64,000 nucleotides of DNA. Origin: Octopus bimaculoides. Taxonomy: Eukaryota. Both the position numbers and the translations under genes were made by a program. The notes under the pieces were generated by a model. That model was not told the DNA's origin and made no database searches. It saw only the letters and a list, made by a program, of their open reading frames with translations. Positions 38,419 to 51,654 of the stretch are shown one piece after another. Each line of letters begins with the position of its first letter. Positions within the stretch are counted from its first letter, which is position 1. The stretch covers positions 77,500,568 to 77,564,567 of the forward strand of contig NC_068985.1 of assembly GCF_001194135.2 (NCBI RefSeq). Reading direction: 5' to 3'.

Positions 38419-40304
38419 CCCCTAGATGATGCAGTGTGATATGGGAGGGGACAGGTTGAAGGAAGAGATTTGATTGCTATTTCTTATAGATTGAGTTACT
38501 ATGTAGATGCTCTATCTTCAGCTCTTAATTTGGCTTTGGACCCCTCTTGTCAGTCAGTTGTCAATTAGTAGCAGCTCTTTGTTGGGTTGCTACCAAAGTA
38601 ATTTAAGTGTGATGGTGGTGGTGTTAGTGTATATTTGTGGTTGTCCTTCTTAAAGTCAATGTTCTGTAGTTCTCATTAAAGTGGAGCAAGGGGAGTGTTT
38701 TCTTGTGTAGGAGGAAGTATGATGTTGTTTACACATTCCGATTCAAACATTCAACAACTCACAATTAGTTCCACTAGCAGGAAGACTGCCCTCTGGGCAG
38801 TTTTCTGCTAGCCCCTTGATAATATTTTCACATTTGATTCCCATTTCTAATAATTTTTGTATTTTACGTCTAATTATTTCTCCATTATAGTATAGATGCT
38901 TGCTATGATGATGATGAAAATGGCATTGAATGGGGTGTGGTGGTAGAAGTGGTGGTGGTGCTAAGAATGTTTCCCTTTTATTACACTTGGTTTGAGTCTC
39001 GTCTTTTTGGTTTTTCTCTCTTCTAATCTTTCTCTTTCCTCACCACCCTTTATGAAAAACCCACCACCAGAAAGATTTTAATCTGTTTCAATTCTTCCTT
39101 GTGCAGCTTAAGTAACATTGCACCAGAAGTCAGTCAGGATGGTTAATGATGATGCAGCCATCAAACCTTGCCATAGTGATTCACTAAACTGAAATTCATG
39201 AGATGCTCTTCTATTTTTTTTGTTTTTTGTTTTTGCCATTGAGAGGATTTGAACTCAAACTAACAAGACAGTTGCCAGTTATACTCTGCCAACAACCCCA
39301 CTTCACTTCTATGGTACCAATATTACAGCTAGCTGGACTGAGCTGCTGGAAGTTAATACCTTCATCATGGACACAACTGAATAACACCAACAGGATGTGA
39401 ATCAGCTGTCTTGTAGATAAAACAGCTTGGCACAGGTTGTGTTGCGTGCATGTGTTACTATTTATGGTTGAGTGGTTAAGAATTTTGCTTCGTAATCTTG
39501 AGGTTCTGAGTTCTCTCTTCATGACATCTTGGATAAGTGCATTATCAAATGTATTCTTTTTTAAAAGGTTGGTGTGGCTACTGCATCTAGCAAGATGAGT
39601 AACCACATAGAAACTTCACACCACATTCCTTTATCATATATTCATATAGAGCACTGCTTATATTTCAGATGTTGCTGCTACACACACACACGTAAGCAGG
39701 CGACATATTGATAGAGTTGTTAGAACACCATTTAGAATACCTTGCTGTATGTTCTGGTCCCCTACACTCTGAGTTCAAATCCCACTGAGGTTATCTTTGT
39801 GTTTTATTCTTCTGGGGTTGTTAAAATAAAGCACCAGTCTAGGATGGTGGACTGGTGGAATTGTTAGAGTGCCAGACATGTGCAGTATTTCTTTGTTCTA
39901 ATTCTTTGCATTCTGAATTTGAATTCTGCTATGGCCTACTTACATAGTAGACTTACTTCACCACCCAGTTTAATAGCACTACCTGGCCCTTGAGTGTCTT
40001 TAGTGGAGAAGTTCACTCTGTTGTAAGCCTTCAAGCCAGATATTCAAGTTGAAGGCACTTCCTATCTATCTTCCACCTTGTGGAAACCCTGATAAAGGGT
40101 CACGAGTACTGCCATCCCCCACTTTGACTAAATAAAGGCATCTACAAAAAGAACCTACAGGCTCATGAGCATACCCAAACTTTGGTATTTAGACTAAAAG
40201 TATGACTCCTTTCTGAACAGAATGCCAGTCCATCAAGGGTTAAATTCCAGATTCCACTGATATTCACTTTTAGCTGAGTGTGCTCCCTCAATAAGCAATA
40301 TAAA

Positions 40305-40621
40305 TGTTATAAAGTGGGTTCCTCCCACTGGTGTGAACTGCTGTTGTATTGTAGTTGCTGTTGTATTGTAGTTGCTGTTTTTCGCTAGTAGCTACAGTAG
40401 TTACTAGTCAATGGATACCGTTGTATCTCTTCGTATCAGAATAGTAATATACTAACTTCTGTCTTACTATCTCTGATAGCTCCACAAGGTACCGACTAGA
40501 ACTGTAGACTCTCAACTCTTTGACTCTCGACCCATTCTTGACAACCAGCTACTGGTCTATTTATAATGGCTGACCCCTACCATTTTTTACCGGGAGGGGT
40601 ACATAATTTCACTATACAACA
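40305..40621 (-). mobile_element. Solo LTR, 317 bp
   Basis: TG...CA termini with short imperfect inverted ends (TGTTATAAAGTG / TGTTGTATAGTG), exact 5-bp TSD ATAAA (40300-04, 40622-26), and TATAAATA on the minus strand at ~40558-40565. Confidence 0.75.
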
Positions 40622-41707
40622 ATAAAAAAGAAATGTGTTCTTTTAAAAATTGTGAGGAAGAATTTGGTTTCTGTTTCTGGTTAAGTGACTTCATAGAGAC
40701 GTCTAGTTGGCTTAACACTCTTCTATCATAGTTTGATCAATTGAAAAGACCACCATATTTTTCTCAGGCAGTCTAAATACAATTAGTAGAGAACCTCAAG
40801 TTTGTTGAGGTTAGTTCCCTTTCTTTGTAAAGAATATAAACATACAAATCTCTGTTTTTGTGTTGAAAATTATTTTTGTTGAACATTAATAAATTTGAGA
40901 AAAGACACATAAAAATTGCTTTGAATTAGACGGGAAAACAAAACTGGTCTCCATAAAAACTTATTTTTAATTTACTATATGTAGATGTATTATTATCAAA
41001 TTACAAGTGCTTGATACTTGTCTATTGTCAAGTAGTTTTAAAGATGAGTATTATAAAATAGTCAAGTGTTTATATCACAACTACTTCCTTACTCACTAAA
41101 ATGTGGCTAAAGGAGATCTCTCATTCTATTAAACAAAGTTTTCCTGTTCTGGTTTTAATGTTAATTTTGCTCTTAAAAGCTGCCCGATTACTTGGAATTA
41201 TGTGTGTTAGGACAAATGGAAAAATATGTAAACTTTCAGCATCAACAACAACAATAATGGGAACATCATTGGAGTCACTTGACTTGCTAGAAATAGCAGC
41301 TAAATCTTCCACTTGTCACACCCTCTGGGGCCTCCTTAGGATACAGTTTACTATGGAAAGCTTTTGGACGAGGTTTTTGCAGAAGAATAACAGTTGCTCA
41401 TGCATGCAAGACTGCCACTTCTATACCACTGATTATGTTTGAGGAAACAGCAAGACCAATGTTGCCCTGGCAATTCTGCCAATACACCGTCTTGCATTGG
41501 TATCTATTTTATTGACCCCCCCCCCAAAAAAAAGATTAAAGGCAAAGTTGATCTTGATAATAATTAAACTCCAAGCATTGAGAGCCAAAATAAATACTGT
41601 GAAGCATTCTATCCAATATTGCAATGACTGCTTGTTCATCAACTTAGTCACAGCTGAACATTTTGAAAAAGGAGGCGACACACATTGGATGTAGTTCTGC
41701 ATGCACT

Positions 41708-42104
41708 CATCATCATTTATCATTTTTTCCATGCTTGCTTGTGTCAGGCGTAATTTGTTGGGGCATACTTTTCTTTGGCTGATAGCCCTTCCTGTCACTA
41801 ATACCCACTTGTTTCCAAGTGTGGTAGTATTTTTCCAGGACCTGATATATTTTCAGTGGAAGACTGGAAACGAACATCATCACTTGTATGATGATGATAC
41901 TCCTTTACAACCATATGATGTCTTGACAAGGGCACACACACATATGAGACAGGCTTCTTAAAGTTTCCATCCACCAAATCCACTCCCAAAGCTTTGATCA
42001 ACCTGAAGCTATATAGTAGAAGACAATTACCCAAGATGCTACAAAGTTGGACTGAACCCAAGGCCACATGGTTAGTAAGCAAGCTTCTCAACCACACAAC
42101 CAGG
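41708..42104 (-). mobile_element. SINE family A, full length, RTE-like tail
   Basis: Head at ~42050-42104, core GGCTTCTT..AGTTTCC..CCAAATCCACTC, tail ending in (CAT)n at 41708. Confidence 0.8.
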
Positions 42105-43244
42105 TTTGTGCCTATAATCTGGTGTGAGGGGGTGACCAAAAAGGATAGGCTGGTCATGCATTGAATGCTTTGATCATGGATCTGATTCATCAGCATTGAC
42201 TGAGGTCAAACAATAACAATGACAGATCTAAGAACTGCAAAATCTCAGCTTATAAATGTTGACCATGTGTTAGTTTCTGCATATTGGAGGTCAAAATCTC
42301 ACTGAATCAACATCCTTTATACTTCAATATACACCATAACACAGTAGGTGTATGTGTGTTACAATGCCAATGTCCATTCTATATACTAAGATCTCTGTAG
42401 CATTGTTATTTGTAGATTACAAAAGAAAAAGAAAAAAGCTCCCAGAAGGAAATAAGTTAAATTAATCTATCATGGTGGAGCAGATGAAAGCTGATGGTAT
42501 GTCATGACTAATAACTGAGGAAGGCTACATTGGATAAATGGTTCATTAGATTCCGTGCTACTAGACCCTGTAGTATGATTAGTTAATAATTATGTTGTGG
42601 CTGGTTTGACTAATCCTTGATCAACTTCTATATCTTTGTGCAGACCTTCCTTTTCTGCAAGATGCTATCAAAGATGCAAGTATGTAGTGGTATGGCATTG
42701 TAGTACATGTATATGTGTTTGAGTGATGTGGTTCAGTGTAATATAGAAGGGCACAAGTTGAAAATCTGTGTGGGATACGCATGTAAAAGTGTGTATGTGC
42801 GAGATACAACTCAGTAAGTGGTACAACAGGATATAATATCTTACTTCCTCTTTGTGTGTGATGTGGTAGTCCTTTTGCCAAAAAGGATTTTGCGTGTGTG
42901 ACTGAGAGAGGCTGAGATAAGGCTGGCCCTCCTCTGAATATTATGATTTCCTTCTTCAAGAGATGCTTTGAAATATCCTGTTAAAATATGTTTTTGCCTC
43001 AATATAAGTTTCCTTATCATGTGTTCTTGTATTCTTTTACTTACTTCAGTTGTTGGACTGTGGCCATACTGGTCCACCCCCTTTAAAGTTTATCGTTGAT
43101 CATATTAAGCCCCACCCCATCCAAGTACTCCAGTCTTTTTGTTACATTACTAAGTTACTAGACATAAAGTCTACAACATAAATGACACCAGCTTTTTGAC
43201 TGGTGTAAACATAAAGATACCTGCATTCACATGTGCACACATGC

Positions 43245-43246
43245 TC

Positions 43247-43310
<64 letters not shown>

Positions 43311-43311
43311 A
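43245..43311. repeat. (CT)n-(CA)n microsatellite
   Basis: Directly visible. Confidence 0.95.
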
Positions 43312-44318
43312 CTTGATGAACACTTTCCATTATATGTTAGATATGCATATAGATTTGATGATCACAGCAATGATATCGGTATTAAATACATTATATTAGT
43401 GACTTAAAATGAAATTTATTTCATCAGCTTTTGCTTGCTACTGATGTCATATCTTGGAAATACTTTTTCCATCTAAAAGTATTGGTCTTACTGAGTTTTT
43501 GAGTCACCTTGGACTGATAGATGGACTGACAAATCAGAATTTAGATGTGCAGACAGATAAGTCAATAGATAGGTAGACCTATCCATTGATTAACTGATAG
43601 GTATAATGAGAAATTGAATGAGAGAGGGAGAGAGATAGAGAGATAAATAGATAGATAGAGAGAGAAATAAGGATTATGGGAAATAAGAGATATGACTGGC
43701 TTCTGAAGTCTCTTGCATCTCTGACACAACCTACCAGCTTTTTAAATTATTGTGAGATCACCGTTATTATCACAATTGGTTAAATATCCAATTTTCTATA
43801 CAACCATCAGTTGGGTAGCTCCCCCTTTTCACATTCCTCCCCCAACTCTTTCTCTGTGTCTATGAAGAAAACTTACAGCCTCTTTCTTCATGGAAACTTA
43901 GTCTTCAGTGGTGCGGTTCTATATTACCATCAATATCTTATTTCATATGAATTAGAGGAGGGGTGGGCATTACTTAATCCACTTGGATCTGTTTGAATCC
44001 CCAGATTATTAGGAGATAAGAATCTTGGCTACATGGTTTCATTTTTGAAGGCAACCAATGGCACATAACTTTATATAGTTAGTGGTTGGGAAGGAGGGAT
44101 GATTAGAGGCGGAAGAGTTGAAGATGAAAGAAACCTAATGTAGAACTAAATGTGTTTACTATGTTTTGGAATTCTGGTTTAAGCCATACTTTCAACCCAG
44201 ATCTAGTAGCACAATTGTTGTTTAACCCCAGGTCAGCCCTGGTTGTATAGACTTATGGTCATCCATGGCTATCTTGTCTTTTCCTGAAGGGCTGCTTCAT
44301 CCAATTTGTCATTCTATT

Positions 44319-44546
44319 TTAATCCTTTAGCATTTAAACTGGCCATATTGGATCAAAATATTCGATCCACTTTATGTTCAAACTAGCCAGATCTTACCTC
44401 TCACACTTAGCCTGTAATGGTGTTCAAAAAATAAACAATCACATCATTGAGATCTCAAAGCTACAAGGTAATTCATGGTGAATTTTTTTTAAATGTAAAT
44501 AAATAAGCTTACATTTGACAAAGTAATCTGAATGCTAAAGAGTTAA
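44319..44546 (+). mobile_element. piggyBac-type MITE
   Basis: TTAA|TCCTTTAGCATT ... AATGCTAAAGAG|TTAA. Confidence 0.85.
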
Positions 44547-44920
44547 AGCAACAGAATGTGATATGAGGGGGATTTAGCTGCTAGTCCTTGCAGACTCTGC
44601 AATAATGTGGAAGTTTTTTTTCTTTAGCACCATGGATAGGAATGTTGTCTTGTTTATTAAGCAACCTCATTAAGTAAGTAACATATTGGCCTACCTGCAC
44701 ATAGTTCAATAGTTCATATCTGCTTTAAAACATTTTGTTGTATTTTTGGTCAAAATAATTTACACTCCATTACTTCACAGTTTACCAAGCTGTCAGGAAT
44801 AGATATTAGGTCATCTGGCAAAGTTGTTGGCATTCTGTTAGAGGAGAGAAGAAATTTCTCTTATCTATTTCATAAACCAAAACAAGTACTAGCTATAAAA
44901 GTCTCACGAGATCTTGGGTT

Positions 44921-44922
<2 letters not shown>

Positions 44923-44983
<61 letters not shown>

Positions 44984-44992
44984 GTATATATA

Positions 44993-45032
<40 letters not shown>
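44923..45032. repeat. (TA)n-(TG)n microsatellite
   Basis: Directly visible. Confidence 0.95.
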
Positions 45033-45034
<2 letters not shown>

Positions 45035-46348
45035 CATGCATACATATGTATCTCCTAAGCTTGTGTGAGTCTTTACTATATATTTACTGTATTTGACTTA
45101 CAATTTTCATGTCACTACTCAGTTTTCACATTTCCTCTGGTAGCAAATTTTCTTCTTTATTAAAAACAGTTAAAAAAAAAAACAAAAAATTTGGAAAATG
45201 GTTCCAGGACACACATTTCATTGGATATCATTCCTCATATGTCACTACACATTAGTTTCATTGGAAAAATTCAGGTTAAGGGTGATAATTCATGCTGAAG
45301 AATATTCATGATGTTAAAATCATTAACTGTCAGAAGAGATTATTTTGAGAATATTGTCTTTTTTCATGGGAGGTAGGCAAATGAAGGGGAAATTGTTAGA
45401 ATTTTACATTTTCAAGTCTCACACTTCAGACACAAATTTTGAGTTTTGACTTTCACAAATCCTGATTCCAAATTTTAATTAAATATTTAACTAGAATTGA
45501 AATGTTACCAGTCCACAGATGTTTGAATTTTTTTCGTGTGTAAATATAAAGAAATGGATTCTTTTGTGGCTAAGATATTAGCAATGTTAATAATTTGAAT
45601 TTTACAGTTGCATATAAATTATGTTTATTGTAGCTGCTATATGATTTGCTTTTGCAGCAATATTCCATTTAATTGAGGAATATTGTCTCCTCTTTCCTGA
45701 GTGATATAGAATGTCTTGTGCTAGATAAGATCACAAATTTCCAACTGTAATCAAAAGCACACCACCAACTTCATTGAATGTAACCTCAGATTTTTTTTTT
45801 TTTTTTTTTTTTAAAGAAAATGTTTGTTGCTGCTATAAAATCAGCATATAGTACNNNNNNNNNNNNNNNNNNNNNNNNNNNNNNNNNNNNNNNNNNNNNN
45901 NNNNNNNNNNNNNNNNNNNNNNNNNNNNNNNNNNNNNNNNNNNNNNNNNNNNNNNNNNNNNNNNNNNNNNNNNNNNNNNNNNNNNNNNNNNNNNNNNNNN
46001 NNNNNNNNNNNNNNNNNNNNNNNNNNNNNNNNNNNNNNNNNNNNNNNNNNNNNNNNNNNNNNNNNNNNNNNNNNNNNNNNNNNNNNNNNNNNNNNNNNNN
46101 NNNNNNNNNNNNNNNNNNNNNNNNNNNNNNNNNNNNNNNNNNNNNNNNNNNNNNNNNNNNNNNNNNNNNNNNNNNNNNNNNNNNNNNNNNNNNNNNNNNN
46201 NNNNNNNNNNNNNNNNNNNNNNNNNNNNNNNNNNNNNNNNNNNNNNNNNNNNNNNNNNNNNNNNNNNNNNNNNNNNNNNNNNNNNNNNNNNNNNNNNNNN
46301 NNNNNNNNNNNNNNNNNNNNNNNNNNNNNNNNNNNNNNNNNNNNNNNN

Positions 46349-46407
<59 letters not shown>

Positions 46408-48684
46408 CACTATGATAAAGTGGGGACTAACATAATTGATGTAATGTGCCAAAAAGGTTTAATTATAATTTTTTAAAAAATCATTGTCTAATTCTGATCA
46501 ATAACTGCAAGGGAGACAAATCTGGAATCTAAATTACTTGGAATCAAATTAAATATAGACTCTAGCGAGGAGTAATTCATTTACTAACTGTTTTACATTT
46601 CAGAAAGTGTAATGAAATATTCTTTCTCATATTTCTGTGTCGGCTAGCAATCCATTCCGTAGTCTGAACTTCAGTACACCACCCAGTTCATATCATCCTC
46701 CCCAAAGATTGGTACCACCCACTTTAGGAAGTGCTATATGAGTTGATAACATGCCTTTCTTGTGTTTCAGTTTGATTTTTTAAACTTCCAGAATTTCAGT
46801 CTTATTGAAACTAAATATGTTAACATGCAACTCTTATTCCTCTTCTTGGTGCATGTTGCTGGTGCAAGTATATATACCTAAAGCTTAACAACCACTTTGT
46901 AGTGTTAACTTTAGTTATAAATACTTGCTCTATGAAGGGATTAAAGAAAATGGAAACGTGCTAAGTAATATTTTCCTTAACCTTTTTACTACTGAAATCA
47001 GATACATCCACTCAAAGTTTCTTTACCCTTAACTCCAAAAGGCAATTCTGTCTACCGATCTATCTCTTGTTGAAGACTGTCATGTATGAAACTGTTTTTC
47101 ATTGAGACATTACAAGTTTATTGACACAACATGACTTGCAGAAAATGCCAATGCTTTTTTTTTTTTTTTTTTTTTTTTGGTAGGTATTTACCATCATCAG
47201 TGGAATAACCATAAAAGTTCAATTTTGCATTTTAAGGGTTAAAAGACAATAGTTCAAAATAAGATTTTAAACTTGTGACTACAAGATTGTTTATCTCAAA
47301 TCATATCTTCAAAACTAATGTGCTTACTTGTTAAATTATTCATGTATGCATGTGTACACATGCATGTGTATGTTGGTCTGTAGAAATATGTGTGCAGTTG
47401 TTGGCATATAGAAATGCAGATATGTGTGTATTGGCATATTGAAATGTTTGTATGTGTACTTTGGAATAAAGAAATGTGTAAGTGTGTGTATATGTTGGTA
47501 TAAAGAATTGTGAATGTGTGTATGTGTGGGTGGGTCATATAGAAGTGTATATGTATCCACATGCATTACTATATACTCCACTTCCACTCTTCCAGCATGC
47601 ATGTGTATGTTAGTGTGGGCAAAGAGAACGAGAGTTGTTGGCCATTTGCTTAAGTCACTCTTTACTCCTTCAAATATCAATCTGGATAAAGGAAATGGTA
47701 AAATGATCTGGTTAGTTAATAGCTATAATGTGCGCTGATAGATTGTAACTCTATTACAATATCATTTATTCTCGGCAGTGGTAGTAGTGACGATAATGAT
47801 AACGATGGTAATGATGGATTTATGTTTCTCATTGTGTCAACCATACAACATAGCAGTGTACCTCTTTGTTGAAACTGTACACTGCACAACAGTCAGTCTT
47901 GAGATTACTCACCTCTAGATTATAAAGCCAGGTGAATAGATTGTTTTTCTGGCTTATTTTCCAGTCTCCGCATGAATCATTTTTACAAGTAGAGCTGTAC
48001 TATGCTGCTTTGTACTGACTAGCTTCTTGTCTTCTTTTTATTTTCTCTTTTCCGATATTATCTATTTTTTCTTTTGTTGTTGTTGTCCACCAGTGCAAAT
48101 GTTTGACTTATGTTAATTATCTAGTTTATTTATGGTACTAATGTCATTCAGTAGTAGCAACCTTGTATCTGCTAAGAATAGCTGCTGAGTTCATATAATT
48201 CCTGTTGAGTCTAACTTTGCCTTTCATTCTTCCAGGATTGATAAAATACCAGTTATATACTGGAGTGGTTTTCACCAGTCCTCTCTTCACTCTCAAATTT
48301 ATGGCCTTGTTAGAAACATGATTTTTATTACCAGTAATGCTCTTCTCAAATCTCATGGAGGTTAAATTTACTTTTCATCCCTCTTGAGTCAATAAAATAA
48401 AGTATCAATCAAATACTGGAACTGATTTAATCAACTACTTCCACCATCAAATTTGTGGCCTTGTTGCCTATGTTAGAATTAATTACCCTGAGCATGTAAG
48501 TGAAAGCAAGGTATTGTTGTTGCTCGTCTTTGTCTGTGTGTTTGCAAAATTACTGGAAAACCGCTGAATGGATTTTCACCAAAATATGAGATTATTAAGT
48601 TTTATTTTACCATTGTGTGTGTGCAAGGTATACATCACCCCTTCGATGCCTTTTTTTTTTCCATCTTATTATTAATATTGCTCA

Positions 48685-48900
48685 AGTTGGTAAGCTGGCA
48701 GAATTGTTAGCACACCAGGCAAAAGGATTTGCAATATTTCATTTGTTGCTGTTTTGAGTTCAAATTTCACTGAGGTCATTTTTGCCTTTCGTCCTTTCAG
48801 TGTCAATAAAATAAAACCCAGTTGGGTACTGGGTTCAATGTAGTCGACTAATCCTCTCTCTCAATATTTCAGGTCTTGTGCCTTTAGTTGAAAGAATTAT
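48685..48900 (+). mobile_element. SINE family B, near full length
   Basis: GCTGGCAGAATTGTTAGCACACCAGGCAAAA..GAGTTCAAATTTC..CTTTGCCTTTCGTCCTTTC..CAGGTCTTGTGCC. Confidence 0.8.
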
Positions 48901-49229
48901 TAATATTGCTCTCCTCAACTGAACTGCAATGGAGTAGCAGAAATGGGAGATCTTTAGTGGATTTTGCAGTCTTTATTTAACACTTGGCTCTCAAAACCAA
49001 TTGATGTTTCTAAACTGAAGAAGACGAGATTGTTTTTGTGTAAGATTAAGAGAAAACAAAATGTAAACTGTATATTTGAATTTACAACTAATGAGCTAGG
49101 AGTTCAATGCCTTATCTATTTAGCCATCTTATCACCACATCAGACTGTAAAAATATGTGAGTTAACATTGCTAATATTCTGGCAGCATCACAATCCAGGA
49201 TGACATAATTTCTGGATATTCTTATTGAA

Positions 49230-49530
49230 AATCATCATCTAATGTTCACTTTTCCATGCTTGCATACGTCAGATGGAATTTGTTGAGGCAGATTTTGTAT
49301 GGCAGGATGCCCTTCCTGTTGCCAACCCTCATCTGTTTCTAGGCAAGGTCATATTTTTCCATGGCTAGACATGTTTTTGATTGTATGAGGGTAAATACTT
49401 ATTTTCAACCATCATGTAATGTCTAGACTAAGGTACACACACACACACACACAAAATGGATTTCTTTCAGTTTCCTTTTACCAAATCTACTCACAAGGTT
49501 TTGTTCAGCTTGAAGCAAAAGACACTTGCC
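49230..49530 (-). mobile_element. SINE family A with RTE-like tail
   Basis: CATCATCTAATGTTCACTTTTCCATGCTTGCAT..GGATGCCCTTCCTGTTGCCAACCC..CTTTCAGTTTCC..CCAAATCTACTCACAAGG. Confidence 0.8.
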
Positions 49531-49893
49531 CCTCTCATTAGAGATGTAAAAACTGTAATGTTTGAAGAAATCACTTTTTTTGTTGTTTTTCTAGATGTGT
49601 AGAATTCAAATGTAGGATAAAAAAACAAAACAACTCTGTATTAAAACTTGCAGAGGATTTCTTAGTCTCTGGCCATAAATCTAATGTCTTGTGCCATTGT
49701 TGTGTATGATATTGGCTGTTAGTTGAAACCTATTGTTCAAGTCTGAACACAGATTTTACTGCAGTACATTTAGCATCCAGGAATAAGTTGCAGATCATCT
49801 GGAGAATGTTACCTATTATAGACTAGCTTCCTATCCAGGAAGTGGTTTTACTTGTCATTCGCTTTGGTATGAAGCTAGAACTGAGCACTGATT

Positions 49894-49949
49894 CTTTAAA
49901 AATACCCTCCCTACCTAGCAAATGCTAGGTAGGGAGGGTATTTTTAAAG
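49894..49949. repeat. Perfect inverted repeat, 27-bp arms with a 2-nt centre
   Basis: CTTTAAAAATACCCTCCCTACCTAGCA-AA-TGCTAGGTAGGGAGGGTATTTTTAAAG. Confidence 0.95.
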
Positions 49950-50666
49950 CTAGCATGTGCTTTGGTTGTGTAAGGTGATGCCCTGTATTGTGACAACTAA
50001 ATATAGACATTCTCTGTGGAAGCCTTGCATTCCTGGAAATTTTGTCATAATGTAGAATTCCATAACATTTTATGAATTTTCCTCTTGATTTACACCCATT
50101 GTCTTCAAAGTAACATATAAATTAGGTTTCATTCTATGGAATTCCACATTACTGCAAGAGTTTTCAAGACTGCACCCCCACCCCCACCCCGAATGCTATG
50201 GGTGGGGCAGGGTATAATTCCTGTATTGGTAGCATGTTGACATGGGATGTAGTGTATGACATTGTCAGGTCATGTCATAGCAAGACATTCTAACACTGAT
50301 AAGAGTTGCTTCTAAAGGGTTAGATTTGCTGTAAGCATGACATGACACAATGATAAGGGTCTCTACAAATGACATCAGGAGAGGGAATTCTATCTCTGCT
50401 GTATTGCTCGTTATACCCTCTAATTAATGTGTCAGCTCCCTCTCTCTCTTTACCAGTCTTACATGCATTAGCTTCATACATACACTGACAATCAAAGGTA
50501 ATGTGTGTGTGTGCGTGAAAGTGATTGTGTATTTGTGTGTGTGCATGCAACTCTGTGTTTGCCTGTATATGTGTTCGCATATCCATGTTTATATTTGTGC
50601 GTATGTATACTGTATGTTTGTCTATGTATTTGTGTGTATGCTAGCATATATAGTNNNNNNNNNNGA

Positions 50667-50706
<40 letters not shown>

Positions 50707-50721
50707 AGAGAGAGAGAGTGG

Positions 50722-51336
50722 GGGGAGAAATAATACATTTCTAAATCTCTCAGAGATTTATGCGATAAAGTAGTTGTATGCTGTCCACTTAATGTGACAA
50801 TCCCATGAAGGGAATAATACTACTGCTTTTTAGCCCTAGGAAGCAGCACCGCTTCCTGTCGGCCTTGACACATTTCCTGTGTCCTTATGCTTACAAGGGA
50901 GAGAGGCTTAGCTAAGTGGAAGTGCTTTTCTCCCCCTTGTAAACATAAGTATTATTCCCTTCATGGGACTGTCACATTAAGTTGACAGCATACAACTACT
51001 TTATCACATCACTACTGCATAAATCTCTCTCAGAGATTTAGAAATGTATTATTTCTATTTTTGAAATCAGTGAATGTGTTTCACTAGAATTATGATATGT
51101 TTACAAGAGCTTGATAGGCATCTTCGACTAGCAGGCCATTGCTACTCCAGACTGATGACGAGCAAAGACTCAGAAACATGTCTCTGGATGCAGGCTTAGC
51201 TAAGTGGAGGTGCTTGTCTCCCCCTTGTAAACATAAGGACACAGGAAATGTGTCAAGGCCGAGAGGAAGCGGTGCTGCTTCATAGGGCTAAATAGCAGTA
51301 GTATTATTCCCTTCATGGGACTGTCACATTAAGTTG
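50722..51336 (+). mobile_element. Second Penelope-like pLTR / retrozyme array (diverged subfamily), cut by a gap
   Basis: Inverted partial unit 50722-50904, then direct units starting GGCTTAGCTAAG at 50905 and 51193. Shares motifs with 32522-33300 (GAGATTTAGAA.TG, CAGTGAAT, CACATTAAGTTG, AAGGACACAG). Confidence 0.8.
51146..51188 (+). ncRNA. Minimal type I hammerhead ribozyme
   Basis: Stem I UCCAGA/UCUGGA, CUGAUGA (51152-58), stem II GAG-CAAAGA-CUC, GAAA (51173-76), palindromic stem III ACAUGU, GUC triplet ending at 51182. Confidence 0.8.
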
Positions 51337-51619
51337 NNNNNNNNNNNNNNNNNNNNNNNNNNNNNNNNNNNNNNNNNNNNNNNNNNNNNNNNNNNNNNNN
51401 NNNNNNNNNNNNNNNNNNNNNNNNNNNNNNNNNNNNNNNNNNNNNNNNNNNNNNNNNNNNNNNNNNNNNNNNNNNNNNNNNNNNNNNNNNNNNNNNNNNN
51501 NNNNNNNNNNNNNNNNNNNNNNNNNNNNNNNNNNNNNNNNNNNNNNNNNNNNNNNNNNNNNNNNNNNNNNNNNNNNNNNNNNNNNNNNNNNNNNNNNNNN
51601 NNNNNNNNNNNNNNNNNNN

Positions 51620-51654
<35 letters not shown>

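Noticed and set aside
41101-41798. Protein-looking frames such as EDLAAISSKSSDSNDVPIIVVVD
   Set aside because: The central part is the common repeat motif GCTAGAAATAGCAGC.AAATC and the upstream part is a SINE. Stops and frameshifts are frequent and no family is recognisable.
42600-43040. Possible old LINE remnant (ORFs 42621-42959 and 42841-43077)
   Set aside because: No RT or endonuclease motif could be identified.
45786-46476. Long ORFs spanning N runs (also 11204-11733, 51313-51765, 53371-54366 and 62963-63918)
   Set aside because: Their length comes from assembly gaps.
47880-48075. Minus-strand segment ending in a strong donor AG|GTGAGT
   Set aside because: In-frame stop, no clear acceptor and no homology I can recognise.
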